DNA of 64,000 bases, taken from Heteronotia binoei. Lineage: Eukaryota. The notes below the pieces were generated by a model, which saw only the letters and a program-made list of their open reading frames with translations, was not told the DNA's origin and ran no database searches. Numbering within the stretch: position 1 is the first letter of the stretch; the number at the start of each line of letters is the position of its first letter. Both the position numbers and the translations under genes were made by a program. Positions 48,399-61,355 of this stretch are shown piece by piece. Where the stretch lies: positions 127,720,001 through 127,784,000 of the forward strand of contig NC_083224.1 in the NCBI RefSeq assembly GCF_032191835.1. Direction: 5' to 3'.

Positions 48399-48792
48399 TA
48401 AGGTTGCGAAACCCCTGGTCCAATGTGGGCTGGAGGTTTCCAACCCACTGGCCCACATTGGGTTGGCAGGGGGAACCTCCCCCTATGGCTCTGCCCCAAT
48501 GACATTGCCCAGAAGTGACGTCATTGTGTCAGCGATGCCATGCGAGGCCGCTGTAGGCATTTCTGGGGATGCTCTAGACATCTGGGAGGGAAAACTCTAT
48601 GGTACAATAGGTACCATAGAGTTTTAACCTCCCAAATGGCTAGAGCGTCTGGGAAAGCCATAGTTTTCCCAGAAATGCCTAGAGCGGCTGCGTGCAGCAC
48701 CACCAGTGCGTTGACATCACTTCCAGGTGATGTCATTGTGTCACACGTGCAAAAGTCCCCCGCTCTGGGAGGAAAGGGACTTGGCAACCTTA
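48399..48792. mobile_element. hAT MITE
   Basis: TAAGGTTGCGAA ... TTGGCAACCTTA. TSD CTAAAGGC/CTAAAGGT. Confidence 0.75.
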
Positions 48793-49834
48793 CTAAAGGT
48801 TTGCAAGCAATGAAGACAAAGAGGACCATTAAAACTAGAGTTCATTTTAAATCTTATTCCATGGTGATGTGATGGCAGTGAATACTTGTCTACCAGCATG
48901 GCATCCACATAGTGTAGGCCTGCAGCACTCTTTTGGGTAGTCAGACCTCTTGGGATCTGACCTGCAGGAGGAGGTGGACTGCTTGGTGACCCACTGTGAC
49001 TGCTTTCCATGATGCTGTGGATAAAATCTCTTGTATATGTACTGATTTGACCTCTAGCAGTGATCAAATCACATGGTTCTGGGGTACTAACTAGTCCAGT
49101 TGTGCAGAATAGCTTTCAGTTTATGCATTCTGAAGATATGGATGTGATTTTTTAAAATTCTAAAATCCTATAATTGGCTTATATGACTCTTGGACCTCCT
49201 GGTTGCTTAAATCTGTAATGTGGTATGTGTGATTGACTGGATTCAGGAGACAATAAATGCCTCAAGGGAGACAGAAGTCAGCCTTTAAACAGTCATATGT
49301 CCTCTCCTAAAGAATTCTACTCTGGACCTCGGAATAACTATCATCAGGCCTCATTTTCGACAGGACCTCACAGGAGCGGAGCTCCAGAACCTCTAAATTT
49401 TATTGTGCTCTTTCTTAACTCTCCTCCCCCCCCCCCCCAAAAAACACCCTTGCTTCTGGGCTCCATTTTTCAAACCCCATGAGAATTTCGCTGAACTCTA
49501 AGATCTGACAAACTTTCTAATATTTTCCTCCACAAAAAGTGGGGAAATAACCAACACATAAAGCAGATGGAAATCTTCATCATGCCACTGTGGCCACATA
49601 GGAGAAAGTCATTTAAAAAATTTGATGGGAGTAAGGTTTTATTATGACAATTATAATTCCAGAAGCATTTTAAGGTAGATGCTGTGCTGATATAATTTAG
49701 TACAGTAATGTCAGGGGTGTGAGGCACATGCAAAGGGCACCTTTTTCTACAAAAAGACCCCTATCATCCAGTTTCAAATGTATCATTATTGAACAAGATG
49801 AGTGACTGAATGTTGGCTGGACTTCATTCTTTGA

Positions 49835-50200
49835 TGAAACAAGTGGTTTGGATCCTTTCCCATCTGGCTTCAGGCCTGATTATGCGATTGAAATGGTGTT
49901 GGTCAGTCTGGTGGATGCCCTGTATCAGGATATGGACAAAGGGAGTACAACCCTGGCAATTTTCCTAGACCTCTCAGCTTTCCATACTATTGGTCATGGT
50001 ATCCTTCTGGAGTGCCTTTGGGAATTTGATGCACCATTTTGCAGTGCTTCTAATCCTACCTGGATGACAGGTTCTGAAGCTGATGCTGGGGGACTGTTGT
50101 TCAGTCCCTTTGTCTTGGGGGTCCTGCAAGGTTCCATCCATGTCTCAGTTCTGGCTTTTAAACCAGCTATGACTGTTCTATGAAAAGTTGCTGCCATGCT
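49835..50200 (+). mobile_element. Degenerate L2-like LINE RT fragment
   Basis: ORF 49848..50183 reads DPFPSGFRPDYAIEMVLVSLVD...LAIFLDLSAFHTIGHGILLECL. Confidence 0.75.
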
Positions 50201-50670
50201 TTAACCATAGTATAAATTATGAAATACTGTCTCCTACTGAGGGACACTACTCATCCAATTTAAACAAGCTAACCCTCTCTGAAGCACCATCTTCATATTC
50301 TTTGAAAATCCCTTTGCTCTGTGGTTTACCACTGTCAAATTTTAGCGTGCCAGTTCCTTTAAGTTAGAGATGTATTTAGTTATACAACTCTGCAGAATTT
50401 TTAGGTTATTATACATATAATCATGCATTAATACTAGAGATTAGTATTTCTATATTGAAGATCTGTCCCTCATTTGCTATTCTAGGTTAATAGTGTTGCT
50501 ATTCTAGGTTAACAGAGTCCTTTTCATTTATTACCTTTACGGGTTCCCAAATGCATTATTAGAAGAGCATACTATCCATAACCATTCTGAGATGCATGGT
50601 CACCATTTCATGAGTAGGGCAATGTGCATATTTTTATCTTCATTACACACTACACAAAAGGCAGTGGTTC

Positions 50671-51750
50671 TAACATAAGAGAAGCCATGTTGGATCAGGC
50701 CAGTGGCCCATCCAGTCCAACATTCTGTGTCACAGTGTCCAAAAACAAACAAAAAAAACCCCAAGTGCCATCAGGAGGTTCACAAGTGGGGCTAGAAGCC
50801 CTTCCACTTTGTTTCCCCCCCCACAAAGGAGCATCACTGCCCCAGACAGCGAGTTCAAACAATACACTGTGGCTAATAGCCACTGATGGACCTCTGCTCC
50901 GTGTTTATCCAATCCCCTCTTGAAGCTGGCTATGTTTGTAGCTGCCACTATCTCACGTGGCAGTGAATTCCACATGTTAATCACCCTTTGGGTGAAGTAC
51001 TTCCTTTTATCCGTTCTAACCCAACTGCTCAGCAATTTCATTGAATGGCCACGAGTTCTTTTATTGTGAGAAAGGGAGAAAAGTACTTCTTTCTCTACCT
51101 TCTCCATCCCCTGCATAATCTTGTAAACCTCTATCAGGTCACTCCACAGTAGACATTTCTCCAAGCTGAAGAGCACCAAGCGTTTTAACCTTCATAGGGA
51201 AACTGTTCCAACCCTTTAATCATTCTAGTTGCCCTTTTCAGGACTCTTTCCAATGCTATATCCTTTTTGAGGTGTGGTGACCAGAATTGTGCACAGTATT
51301 CCAAACGAGACCGCACCAACGATTTATACAGGGGCATTATGATACTGTTTGATTTTGTTTTCAGTTCTTCCCAATAATTCCCAGCATGGCGTGGGCCTCA
51401 TTTATTGCAATTGCAGTCTTGACATTTTCAGTGAGTTATCTACCATGACCCCAAGATCTGGTCGGTCTCTGCCAGTTCACATCCCATCAACTTGTATTTA
51501 TAGCTGGGATTTTTGGCCCCAATGTGCATTACTTTGCACTTGGCCACATCGAACCTCATCTGCCATGTTGACACCCACTCACCCAGCCTCAACAGATCCC
51601 TTTCGAGTGACTTCCAATCCTCTCTGGTTCTCACCTCCCTTAACAATTTAGTGTCATCTGCAAACTTAGCCATTTCACTGCTTACTCTCAACGCCAAACC
51701 ATTAATGAACAAGTTAAAGAGCATGGGACCCAGTACTGAGCCCTATTCTG
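50671..51750 (-). mobile_element. 5'-truncated CR1 LINE
   Basis: ORF pieces LFNLFIN...KFADDTKL...WQMRFDVAKCKVMHIG and EVYKIMQGMEKV...RTRGHSMKL. Same 3' UTR family as the copy at 40978. Confidence 0.9.
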
Positions 51751-52184
51751 AGTACTGAGTTCTATTCAGATGAAATGACAACCAAACGTTTTGCCAGCAT
51801 GATCCCAGTATGCATGGTGAACATACTCAAACTATAATGACTAAAATGGGCAAGGCTTATAGGTTTTCTCAGTAGCACCCTGATGGGTAACTTCTTACTT
51901 AGAAATGTTGAGCAGTTCCATAGAAATTTAGAAAAGATTATATAACAACAAACTTTTGCAATGTTTAATGGGAATCGCAATAATTGTTTTTAACCCACTC
52001 AATATATATTTTAATGTTAGCCAGCCACTCAATGACTCTGAGCCAACCCTAACCCTGATGAGGTGGAACAGTCTTTTAAAACAATAACTAAATTCACACT
52101 ATTTAGGTTGCTCAGTCACAGCTGGAAACCAATTTTTTATGTGAAAACCTGCCTGAAAGTGGGGAAGTGTTAGGGGTCCATCAT

Positions 52185-52465
52185 AAAGGTAAAGGTTGTC
52201 ACCTGTGCAAGTACCAGTTGTTTCCGACTCTGGGGTGACGTCACATCACGACATTTTCATGGCAAACTTTATCGGGTGGTTTTGCCATTGCCTTCCCCAG
52301 TCATCTACACCTTACCCCCAAGCAAGCTGGGTCCTCATTTTACTGACCTCGGAAGGATGGAGGGCTGAGTCAACCTTGAGCCAGATACCTGAACCCAGCT
52401 TCCACTGGGATTGAACTCAAGTCATGAGCAGAGAGCTTGGACTGCAGCTTACCACTCTGCGCCAC
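52185..52465 (-). mobile_element. Sauria SINE (Squam1-type)
   Basis: (ACCTTT)n tail (AAAGGTAAAGGT on +), GAAGGCAATGGCAAACCAC motif, GTTGACTCAGCCCTCCATCCTTCCGAGGTC core and a tRNA-like head. Confidence 0.8.
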
Positions 52466-55400
52466 TCCATCATACTCCACAATTAAAGTCAAACAAAAAG
52501 TCAACAATACCCATTCCACTAAACATTTGAGTGCTATTTCTCTCAATTAAAAAATAAGGATTTTATTTCCATAACAGTTGAAACCACAATACACAGATTT
52601 ATTAGTCTGTTTATTAGATAGCCTAATCTTGCTATATCAATGTAATGGAACCCCCTTCTTCTTTTGCCTCTGGCAAGGAATAGAAAAATTGTGGACCAGA
52701 ACTGGTTTTACACTGCTTTTGCAATCTGCAGAGGCATGCATGAGTAATTGCTCCTTTTTTTGCATTATCGTAACAGTGTAGTGATTTAACCAATTATCGC
52801 AAATCCTGTCACACCCTACACTATATTCATGTGGATCCTCCAACTTCCAGGAGCAGCAGTTTGAGGAATGCAGTGGGCTGCAGTGTGACTGAGTGCACAC
52901 AGGTAAGGTCTGTTCTGTGAAAGCAGCTTCATATTGAAAGGAATGCAAATTACCCTGAGGATTCCATGACCCAACTACATACCCAACAACACTCAATGTG
53001 TACAATCGATATCATTGCTCATAACCTTTACATTTGTTCCTATAAATGAAGTTCCCATGTTTGTGCAGAGAGAGGAAGCTTTAACAGAAGCCTTATTTTC
53101 ATAGTTAACAGAACATATCCCTTTTCACATCAGGTCTCTGCAGTCTAAACAGTACTTTATAGCAAGACAAAAAACCTGGCAAAAAGCAAGTTTCTCATTT
53201 CCCATGATTATTAAGTTGTTAAAACAAGAATCGGATAACTGGCTGAAGATATCATCTTTATTCCGGTTAATACCAGTGTTGCCTTGGAGGGATATTTGTC
53301 CTCAGAACAGGAGATTGTTTACACTATTGCATCAGATTTATTCCTTTCCCGCATCAAAGATGTTTATCAGTACTAGGGTACACTTCTATTACTGGAATGA
53401 TCCACTTTGATTTTATGAGTGCTTTTAAGGCAACTCAATTTATAGGTATTTACCAGTGGTACTGTATGCTGTTTGAACTGCTTTCCAAGAAGCAATTAAC
53501 CATCTACAGCAAAAATTGGTACATGAACTTCATGCAGAGAACTTAAAAAGTTGCACAAATTATAAATACATTGAACATACAAAAACTGGACCAAGTTCTT
53601 CAGCTCCCCAATTCACTGCTCCCTGGTTGGGGTTTTTTACAATGAAGGTAGGCTTTATATCATCATTAGAACTTTACTAACAGGGGACCCAGGGGAATTC
53701 CATTTTCCCCACTATTTCCTCTTTACCTGCCTTCTCTCCTTTCCACCCACCAGACTACCTTTATTTGCTCTATTTTCAGCTTTTCCTTCCAACTCCCAGG
53801 GAAAACTCTAGCTAAGTGCTGGCCAGCTGAGCCTTACCTATTTGCATAGTGGACAACCCACAAGGATTTGTAGGGCATACCTCCCACATTTCCACTTCCC
53901 CACACTTCCTCTTTCCTTCCTCCTTGCAGCTCCCGTATTCTCATCTTTCCTTGCTTTCTTCTCTTTTCCTCACCTACTGAACCTACCCATTATCTGCTCT
54001 CCAGCATCAGCTATATTCAGTATATAATTGCTTCATTTATATCCCAGCTTTCTCTGCAACGGAGACCCAAAGCAGCTTATTCTCCTCTCCTCTATTTTAT
54101 CCTCTCAACAACCTTCCGAGGTAGGTTGGGCCGAGTGCAGGACTAGCTAAAAGTCACCCGATAAGCTTCCATGGCTGATAAGTCTGAAGCTCTAACTACT
54201 ACACTGACTTCTATGGTGGCTGCTGCTGCTGAATAGTGACAAGCAATTACTGTGATTTCTGGCTACTGTATTTTAAAATACAAATACAAATGGTCCTTTC
54301 CACATTACATAGAAAAAATACTGGAACTAATAATGTGATTCTGTATCACAAAATTTAGAAAAATCCTATCTTTGTGATATTGTAGAACACTTCTGTAGTG
54401 AGTTCTAGTAAACTGACAAGCATCTAGATGTAAGCCTGTTCAGCAGTTAGTTGATCTTCCTCAGAAATTATCTCCCTAAAATTAACCATCTGCCAGGCCT
54501 GACTCCAATGAGACCTCCCCTCAAAGGCTGAGCAGACCTCTTCCTATCCCACTGCCTTTTGATGAGAGAAATCAAGGCTTGAATGCAGTCACTGAAAGAT
54601 ACAGGCACTTCTATTACTTGTTTGTTCTTTTTCTTTCATTTAGATTTCCGATCTTTCTACAAACCTGAGGCTTTTCCGATAGGCCTCCTCCCATGTTTTC
54701 TTCTGCTCTTTTTTTTGGCATCCTGTTCCCATTAGTTCAACAAAGATTCTAACACAAATATAGGTTGCAACATGACAGAAACTGATTATGCACTTCTGAA
54801 CACTATAGCTTTAATCCAATTTTACCATTTATCTTTTAAAACCTTTAAACATACTAAACAGTTAAAATCACAATAGTAACAAGATAATTGTTAACTTTGT
54901 AACCGTTTCTCTGGTGGAAAAAATTACTCATGTACTTTTACTCTTTCAATACTAATCAACTCTTGAACTCTGACTATTAGGTTGAGATGCCAATATTAAA
55001 GCTTAACTTTAGAAAGAGCAAGAGTTCCTGGCATACAATTTATATTTAAACTTTTCCCCAGTAACTTAATTTTACGTGTCTGGAAACTGACTACTGGATC
55101 TCATTTTTTGATGCTTAACCAATGCAAGAAAGTGTTTACGGAGATTACTGCATACATAACACATTGCATTTATATAATGTTGTTCTGAGAATAAAGTATA
55201 ATTTGAACAAAATGTAGTTCTCATCTATTAAACAATTGATTATATTTAACAAGAAACTTGAGGGGGGGCATTCCTCCATCTTCCCCTTTATCTCCCTCCA
55301 AGCCAACCTTTTCTTTCCAACCCTCCACCACCAAGTCAATCACTCCTTGTCTTTCTCTCTCTTTCCCTCCAAGCCAATCCTTCCTTCTCCTCCAAGCCAA

Positions 55401-55924
55401 TACCCCATTATTCCCTTTCTTAGCCAATCCCTCATTTTTCCCTTTCTCTCTCTCCTCAAAAGCCCAGCCACCTTCTTTCTCTTTTCCTCTACCCGGCAGT
55501 GGTGGTAGTGCCGGAGAGTAGCTCCGGGTGGTGGCCAGGTCCTGAGAAGCTCCTTGTGTCTGATGCTGCCAGGCCTGGAGTGGCTCCCGGTATTTCCTGT
55601 TGCTGTGGCATTGCCCGGAATGGTACTCATTGTTCCCCACCCCCACAGCTGGGCCTGGATTGGCTCCAAAGGAGCAGCAGCTAGACCTTCAATGGTAAGC
55701 TGCATTGCCTGCACATGTGCAGACTTTTTTTTTTTAATCTTGGGCTGAGTTTAACCCCCCCCCCCAATGTAATTTTAAAAAACTTTATGGATTTTTATGC
55801 AAACCCATGGAGTCTCCAGAGTTGGTAGAAAAACCTGTCAGGGAGAAAGTGTCTGCTGAAATAAATATCTGCATGCAGAGGAGACGGCTGAGAATTAGAT
55901 ATAGATGTGCATACATCTAAAATG

Positions 55925-57839
55925 CAAATTATCTATTGTTGCCTTTATTTGTATTCATAACTCTACAAGGTGTTCAAGTGGTGTGATTTAACAAATACAT
56001 ACATACATTTAATCTTTGATTCACATGCTTTATTTAATTTGTCTACATAACTATATCTTCATAGAACAAACCAGTACATTTTAATCAAAGCCAAATGAAA
56101 CCATAATTTTCCCTTAGTCTTCTCTAAGCTACCATTTCTCAAAGTTAAAAACCATCCGTTACAATACTTAGGAATACAAAGCACAAGAGTAACTAACTTT
56201 AACATGTAGCATCTAGTAAGTCAGATTTTTCACAATTTAATAGACAGACTTTCAAGAAGTCAGAGGCACAGTTACAGGAGACTATTTGTTTTTGTGCAAT
56301 CTATGCTACATTAAGCAATAAAAAACCCAGCTAGCTAAAGAGATAGCTAAAGAGAAAGCAATAAAGCAATCGCAGGGCACTTTTTTCTGCAAAATTTATC
56401 CAAAACACTTCTAGAGCAAAAGAAACATTTTGCTTTGTCTCTGATCAGTCTGAAAGAAGTTTTCAAAAGGAAAATATGAGACTAGTATGCTCCGTTCTCT
56501 TTGTACATCTTGCTTTACAAAGCAATGTTCAATATGAAAACTGAAGACATATCGCTTCTTTTCTAGAAATACTATTCTCCTTTCACATACTTACCTTGGT
56601 ACTGAAGAGGATACATTTCTTCCAAGCAAATGGAGCTTTAAAATGGCCAGTATTTAACAAACATTGCTAGTAAAACAAATTCTATGAAGCATTTTAAGCC
56701 ATAAATTTGCATTAATATAATAAAATTACCTGCAGTGATTTGTGATTATAATTATGCTGAAGTATTCATTTCTTCTGTTACAAAACTGAAACAGTTCCCC
56801 CCACCAGTCTGAATTCAATTTCACTTATTGACTTACAGAAAGTGATTTCAGTATTACATTCCAAATTCCTTTACAAAAAGGCCCCAGGAGCTCTGAATAA
56901 AAACAATTCTTGATCCAACTTTTAAATCTTCATTGTACTTCAGTAAGTATGCGCTAGCTGTTCACAATTCTGGGTCAATCTGAAGTTTCTGCACACAAAC
57001 GGAGTACACCAATTTCCATTCTGACTGCAGCTGCTCACACCAAATTCTTGAGAATGCTCTTTGTCAAGGGGCTGAACTAGAAAATGGTCATCTCAACAGC
57101 ACTGATGTGCACAGAATACAACATTTATTTATTTGGATCTCAGCAATTAGCAAGTTCCAAAGAAACAATAAAACTATGAATCTGAATGTGACAAGACCTT
57201 ATTCACAGAGCTATAGCTGATGCATTGGGCAAGTTTCTTCAAAACCATGCCATTAGAAAGTACTCACAGGTGTACTACTCAGCTCAAAACTGTTTGCTTG
57301 CCAGATTTGCAAACACCTGTAACAGCATATCTAACTGCTGGTATCCTGCCTATGGAGATATTTTTAAAAATGGGGTGTGAATAAAATCCTTTATTCCTCT
57401 TTCATGTATTTCTTGGGAAGATGAGGGAAAAGAACGAGTCCAACTTTAGTACAATTGATATTTATCCACATCAATTTCTGTACCTAGTAAATGTTAAGGC
57501 TAAGCAGCAAATCAGAATGGACCATACAAAGTTCTCAGAGACCAGGAATTAACAAAAGAAAACTAAAACATTTTCAAATCCAGTCAAATAAAAAAAATGG
57601 AGCAGGCATACATTTTTTGAAAGAAAAGCAGAGCCATACTACTCACCTTTATTGGGTCAATTTATGGCTTAAAATGTTTCATTATTTTTGTTTCATGAAT
57701 TAAAATAGCTGCAGTTTTCCATTAACATGCACCTCTACTAGCAGACTTAGCACTTCTGACCAAATAAGACACCAACTTCTTAAAAAATGTCTCATGCACT
57801 GGACTAGATGGTTTGTGTACGAGTGCAAATCTGAATAGA
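55925..57839 (-). other. ZRANB2: Probable ZRANB2 3' UTR with candidate poly(A) signals
   Basis: AT-rich stretch downstream of the stop with no TE that I could recognise. AATAAA on the minus strand at 55944-55949 and 56029-56034. The 3' end is inferred. Confidence 0.55.
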
Positions 57840-57903
57840 TTATTTCTTTTTAGAACTTGTACGGGATCCAGAATGAGAAGATCCAGATGAAGACCTGCGG
57901 CTC
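57840..57903 (-). CDS. ZRANB2: ZRANB2 terminal coding exon
   Basis: tcttacag|GAGCCGC...AAGAAATAA, encoding RSRRSSSGSSHSGSRTSSKKK*, which matches the long-isoform ZRANB2 C-terminus (SSGSSHSGSRSSSKKK in human). Confidence 0.95.
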
Positions 57904-58338
57904 CTGTAAGATACAAAATGAGAAAAAGCATGCAAACAAGTTTGAGTTGTTATGACCTTTGCCCAAAGCAAAAAAGAGGAAAAAAATGGGGCAATATATA
58001 AACCATGGATGTAATTATTTGGTCTGTCCCTCTACTCAAAGTACTAAAAAAGTTCAAAGGTACAGCTTTTGTTGTTATGAATATTTTAGCAAAAATAGCT
58101 ATGCAATGAACATTCTACATTTTTTAAAAATAAACCCTCCTCTAATAAACTCAGAATTGTTAAAATTACAAATTTTAAAGCTATGATTTAGAAAAAGATG
58201 AGCCAGGAAAACTGAAATTCATATAAATGGGAACAGTTATCTTCAAGCACTCAGTACCCAATATTCAACTTTTCCTAGCTCTTGCATATTCAATCAACAT
58301 ATAAAGACCAACCATTCTTATTCTACAGAAACCCAAAC

Positions 58339-58500
58339 CTTTCAGGTGACCGTGATCTCGTTCGCCTTTTTTTGCGATCACCAGATGAAGATCTAGATCG
58401 ACTTCTCTTTCGGCTTCTCTCAGGGGAAGAGGATGAATGAGAGCTTGAGTAAGACCTTTTCCTTGGGGTTGATGAACCCCTGATGGACCTGGAGCTGGAT
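58339..58500 (-). CDS. ZRANB2: ZRANB2 exon (human exon 9 equivalent); 5' boundary is 58500 (TG acceptor) or 58494 (AG acceptor)
   Basis: Encodes SSSRSIRGSSTPRKRSYSSSHSSSSPERSRKRSRSRSSSGDRKKRRTRSRSPE. Donor GAAAG|gtttgg at 58339/58338. Both candidate acceptors keep phase 2. Confidence 0.92.
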
Positions 58501-61274
58501 CATTATTAAGAAATAAGGAAGATTTAATCCTAGTACAAATAATGATTAAAAAAAATCTATATATCACTTAAAGGACAGACAAATAACAAAGAATTTGGCT
58601 GAGGCACAAATACTTACTGCTGTGTTAACTAGGAAAATAACCTCAGAAAGGGTTTTTCAAGCATGGCTTAATTTTGGAATTCACAGATTGTCTGGCTTCC
58701 AGTTACTGATAACTGGTAACAATAAGGAAACCTTTAATGTTACTTAATTTAAAGTTCAATCTCAATAAAAGACTGAAGCGAGAGCACAGTATGTACAAAA
58801 TAAACTTCCTCTATATTAAAGAGTGGGAGAAATCAGTTTAAACTTGAAATTGTATTCAACCTACCATAACCCTTGAAAAAAAGGTTCTAACGAAGTAGCT
58901 AGAAAAGCCCAGTGACCATGATCCTTGGCACACATGCATGTAAGAAGCATACTGCACACATGTACAAATTTAAGTGGCGAAGCTGTAAGTGTATCATAAT
59001 ATAGACATGAAAAGTTATTTTACCCTGAGTACTTACAAGACTCAGATGCAGGTAAGGTAATAACATTTTAGAGCACCTTGCTTAGGGAAAAAAATAGAGA
59101 GGCTATATCACCTCCATGCCTGCAGACAGACACTGGCATCTGATGTGCTGCTCTCTGAAAAAAAAATACTATTGCGCCTGTGGTAGCAAAAACCCCACAG
59201 TTGTTCAGTAGCAAGAGATAGGCACACTGGACATTCTCAGAGATACTTTTCATATTTCAGAATTTAGCCCTGATGTGGGAAGCACCCCCCCCCCCCCAGC
59301 CCCCATGAGCTCTTGGCACAAAAAAATAGGGGAAATAGAGAGAAAAAGGTAGAGTTTTCCCAAATCAAGGAAAAGAGAACTGGGGAGGGGGTCTGTTTGT
59401 TTTCCCTTGAGGAACATAAAGAATTCAAGGAACAATTTAGATTGGTGTATGAAATGGTCCACAATCTTTTTGTAGTCTGATAGCCTAGGAGTGGGGTCTA
59501 GCATTTCAAAAGTTATTGGAGGTTAAGTCATGTTTTATAATTTCTGTGTGTGTAGGGATAGATGAGGCTGCAGCTAAGATGAGAAGTACTTTGCATCCCT
59601 CTGCACTGCTTGTTCTGTGATAAAAAATTGTGGCATGTGGTAAAAAATTGTTGCACTGTTATTAGACTAGTCACAGCTGAACTTCAGAATTCTTCAACTG
59701 TAAATGGAAATATTTTCATCTACATTATATCAATGCAATATCTTGCATATATGTATGTAGTGTTACTTCTCTTTTGTCTGACTACTTTTAAGTATGTGGT
59801 AGTTTTATGCTTTTGGCAAAATTTGAGTCTAGAGTGCTATTTGCCCAATATTATTTGTCAGACTAAATTGTTAAACTGCCAGATTTGGCCCACAGGCCCA
59901 CCCACTGACAGATACCCCAGTTTTAATTTGTTAGAAACTGTGTATTACTGCAACTTATAACTCTAGTTAAAAATGTAACAGAAAAGCTGAACCAAAGTCA
60001 CCACCGCCATGCATATTTAAGGCAGTGAGCATTAGTTTGCTAGTGATGTGGTCTATCCTAGGAAGATTTAAAGGTTGGCAAGGGGGAAAATGATGTCATA
60101 TGATGCATGACATCAGATATAGCTAAAACCCCAATGTAATAAGTGTCTCAGGCAACACTTTAGTTGTCACCCAAAACTCCATGGCAAGTACCCTGCAGTT
60201 GTTAGGGATGTCCGGAGTATTGCTCAAGATGCTTATGTCACACCTGAGCTCAGTGGGATGTAATGTCACACAATGTCATTTCTGCCACCAGTCTGGAGAA
60301 CAAGGCCAACCCCACCAGCAGCAGTCTTCCCACTGCAAGTAGGGAAGAATTGTAGAAAATTGTAGGCAATTGTAGAAAAAGAAAGGCTACTGTGGTTGAG
60401 CTGCTAGCTTGAGTCTCCACACCGCATTAGATATGATAAAGTTTTAACATCAGATTAGAACACAGGAAAATCAGTTTGCTACCAGAGAAGGAAATGTATG
60501 CTGCATACTAGCTTGTAAATTTCATTTACCAAGTGTTTTGATCTGTACCAAAAATATTTCTTCATACCGCACTTTTCTCCCCAATGTGGAACCAAAGTGG
60601 CTTAGTTCGCTTCATTCTTCCCTCCTCCATTTTATCCTCACAACAAACCTGTGAGTTAAGTTACACTGAGTATCTTTACATGTTTTCACTGTCCTCATGC
60701 TTCTGCCCACTACTCTGTACCAGCAAGCAAACAAACAGGAATGATGATTACACTTTATTTTGCCAAGTTGTTAATTGGATATCAAGACACCAGGCTTCTG
60801 CACCTCCATCAATCCTGCTGCCATACCTACAGACAAGCAATGCACCACGACAATTCAAGGAATGGTAGATCTTTGTGAACCTCTTATATTCTCATTCAAA
60901 CCTTCCTCTGTTGAGAAAAATTACATAATTTTCAGAGCAAATACAGCCCTATTCCACCCCCAATACAGTCTTGGTGCACTGCCAGCATGCAGGTGAAAGT
61001 GGAAAAATAGGACTTTGCTGAATCGGGGGTGGGGGGGTGAGACAGATGGTACTTTTAATCATACTGAACTAATATTGTCACTAACTGTTTTAACCATTAC
61101 TACTTTTAACAAGCTTCCTTAACATAAGGCAAGGGAATGCAACACTTACAAGATTCACATGGGGGAGGGGAAGAAGAGTCATTAAGATACCTAGGGCTGA
61201 ATATAGCACATTACTGATTATCCTTTTACTCTCTCTCTCTCTCTGCCAAACAGAGAGGCTGCTACCTCATTCAC

Positions 61275-61355
61275 CTTGATTTCGACCCACGAGATCTAGA
61301 ACGTTCTCTGGAAGTAGAACGAGATCTTGACCTTGAACTGGAAGAGCTTCTTGAC
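61275..61355 (-). CDS. ZRANB2: ZRANB2 exon (human exon 8 equivalent)
   Basis: gtttcag|GTCAAG...ATCAAG|gtgaat, 81 nt, phase 2-2, encoding RSRSSSSSRSRSRSTSRERSRSRGSKS. Confidence 0.93.

Noticed and set aside
54600-55270. Possible L1/Tx1 ORF2 remnant
   Set aside because: The translations are too degraded to show a definite motif, so it is not listed as a feature.
58501-61274. miR-186, which lies in ZRANB2 intron 8 in human
   Set aside because: Reading by eye, I found no CAAAGAATTCTCCTTTTGGGCT-like sequence on the minus strand. The short CAAAGAATT-like hits (58587, 59417) are on the wrong strand and have no hairpin. An Infernal search would settle it.
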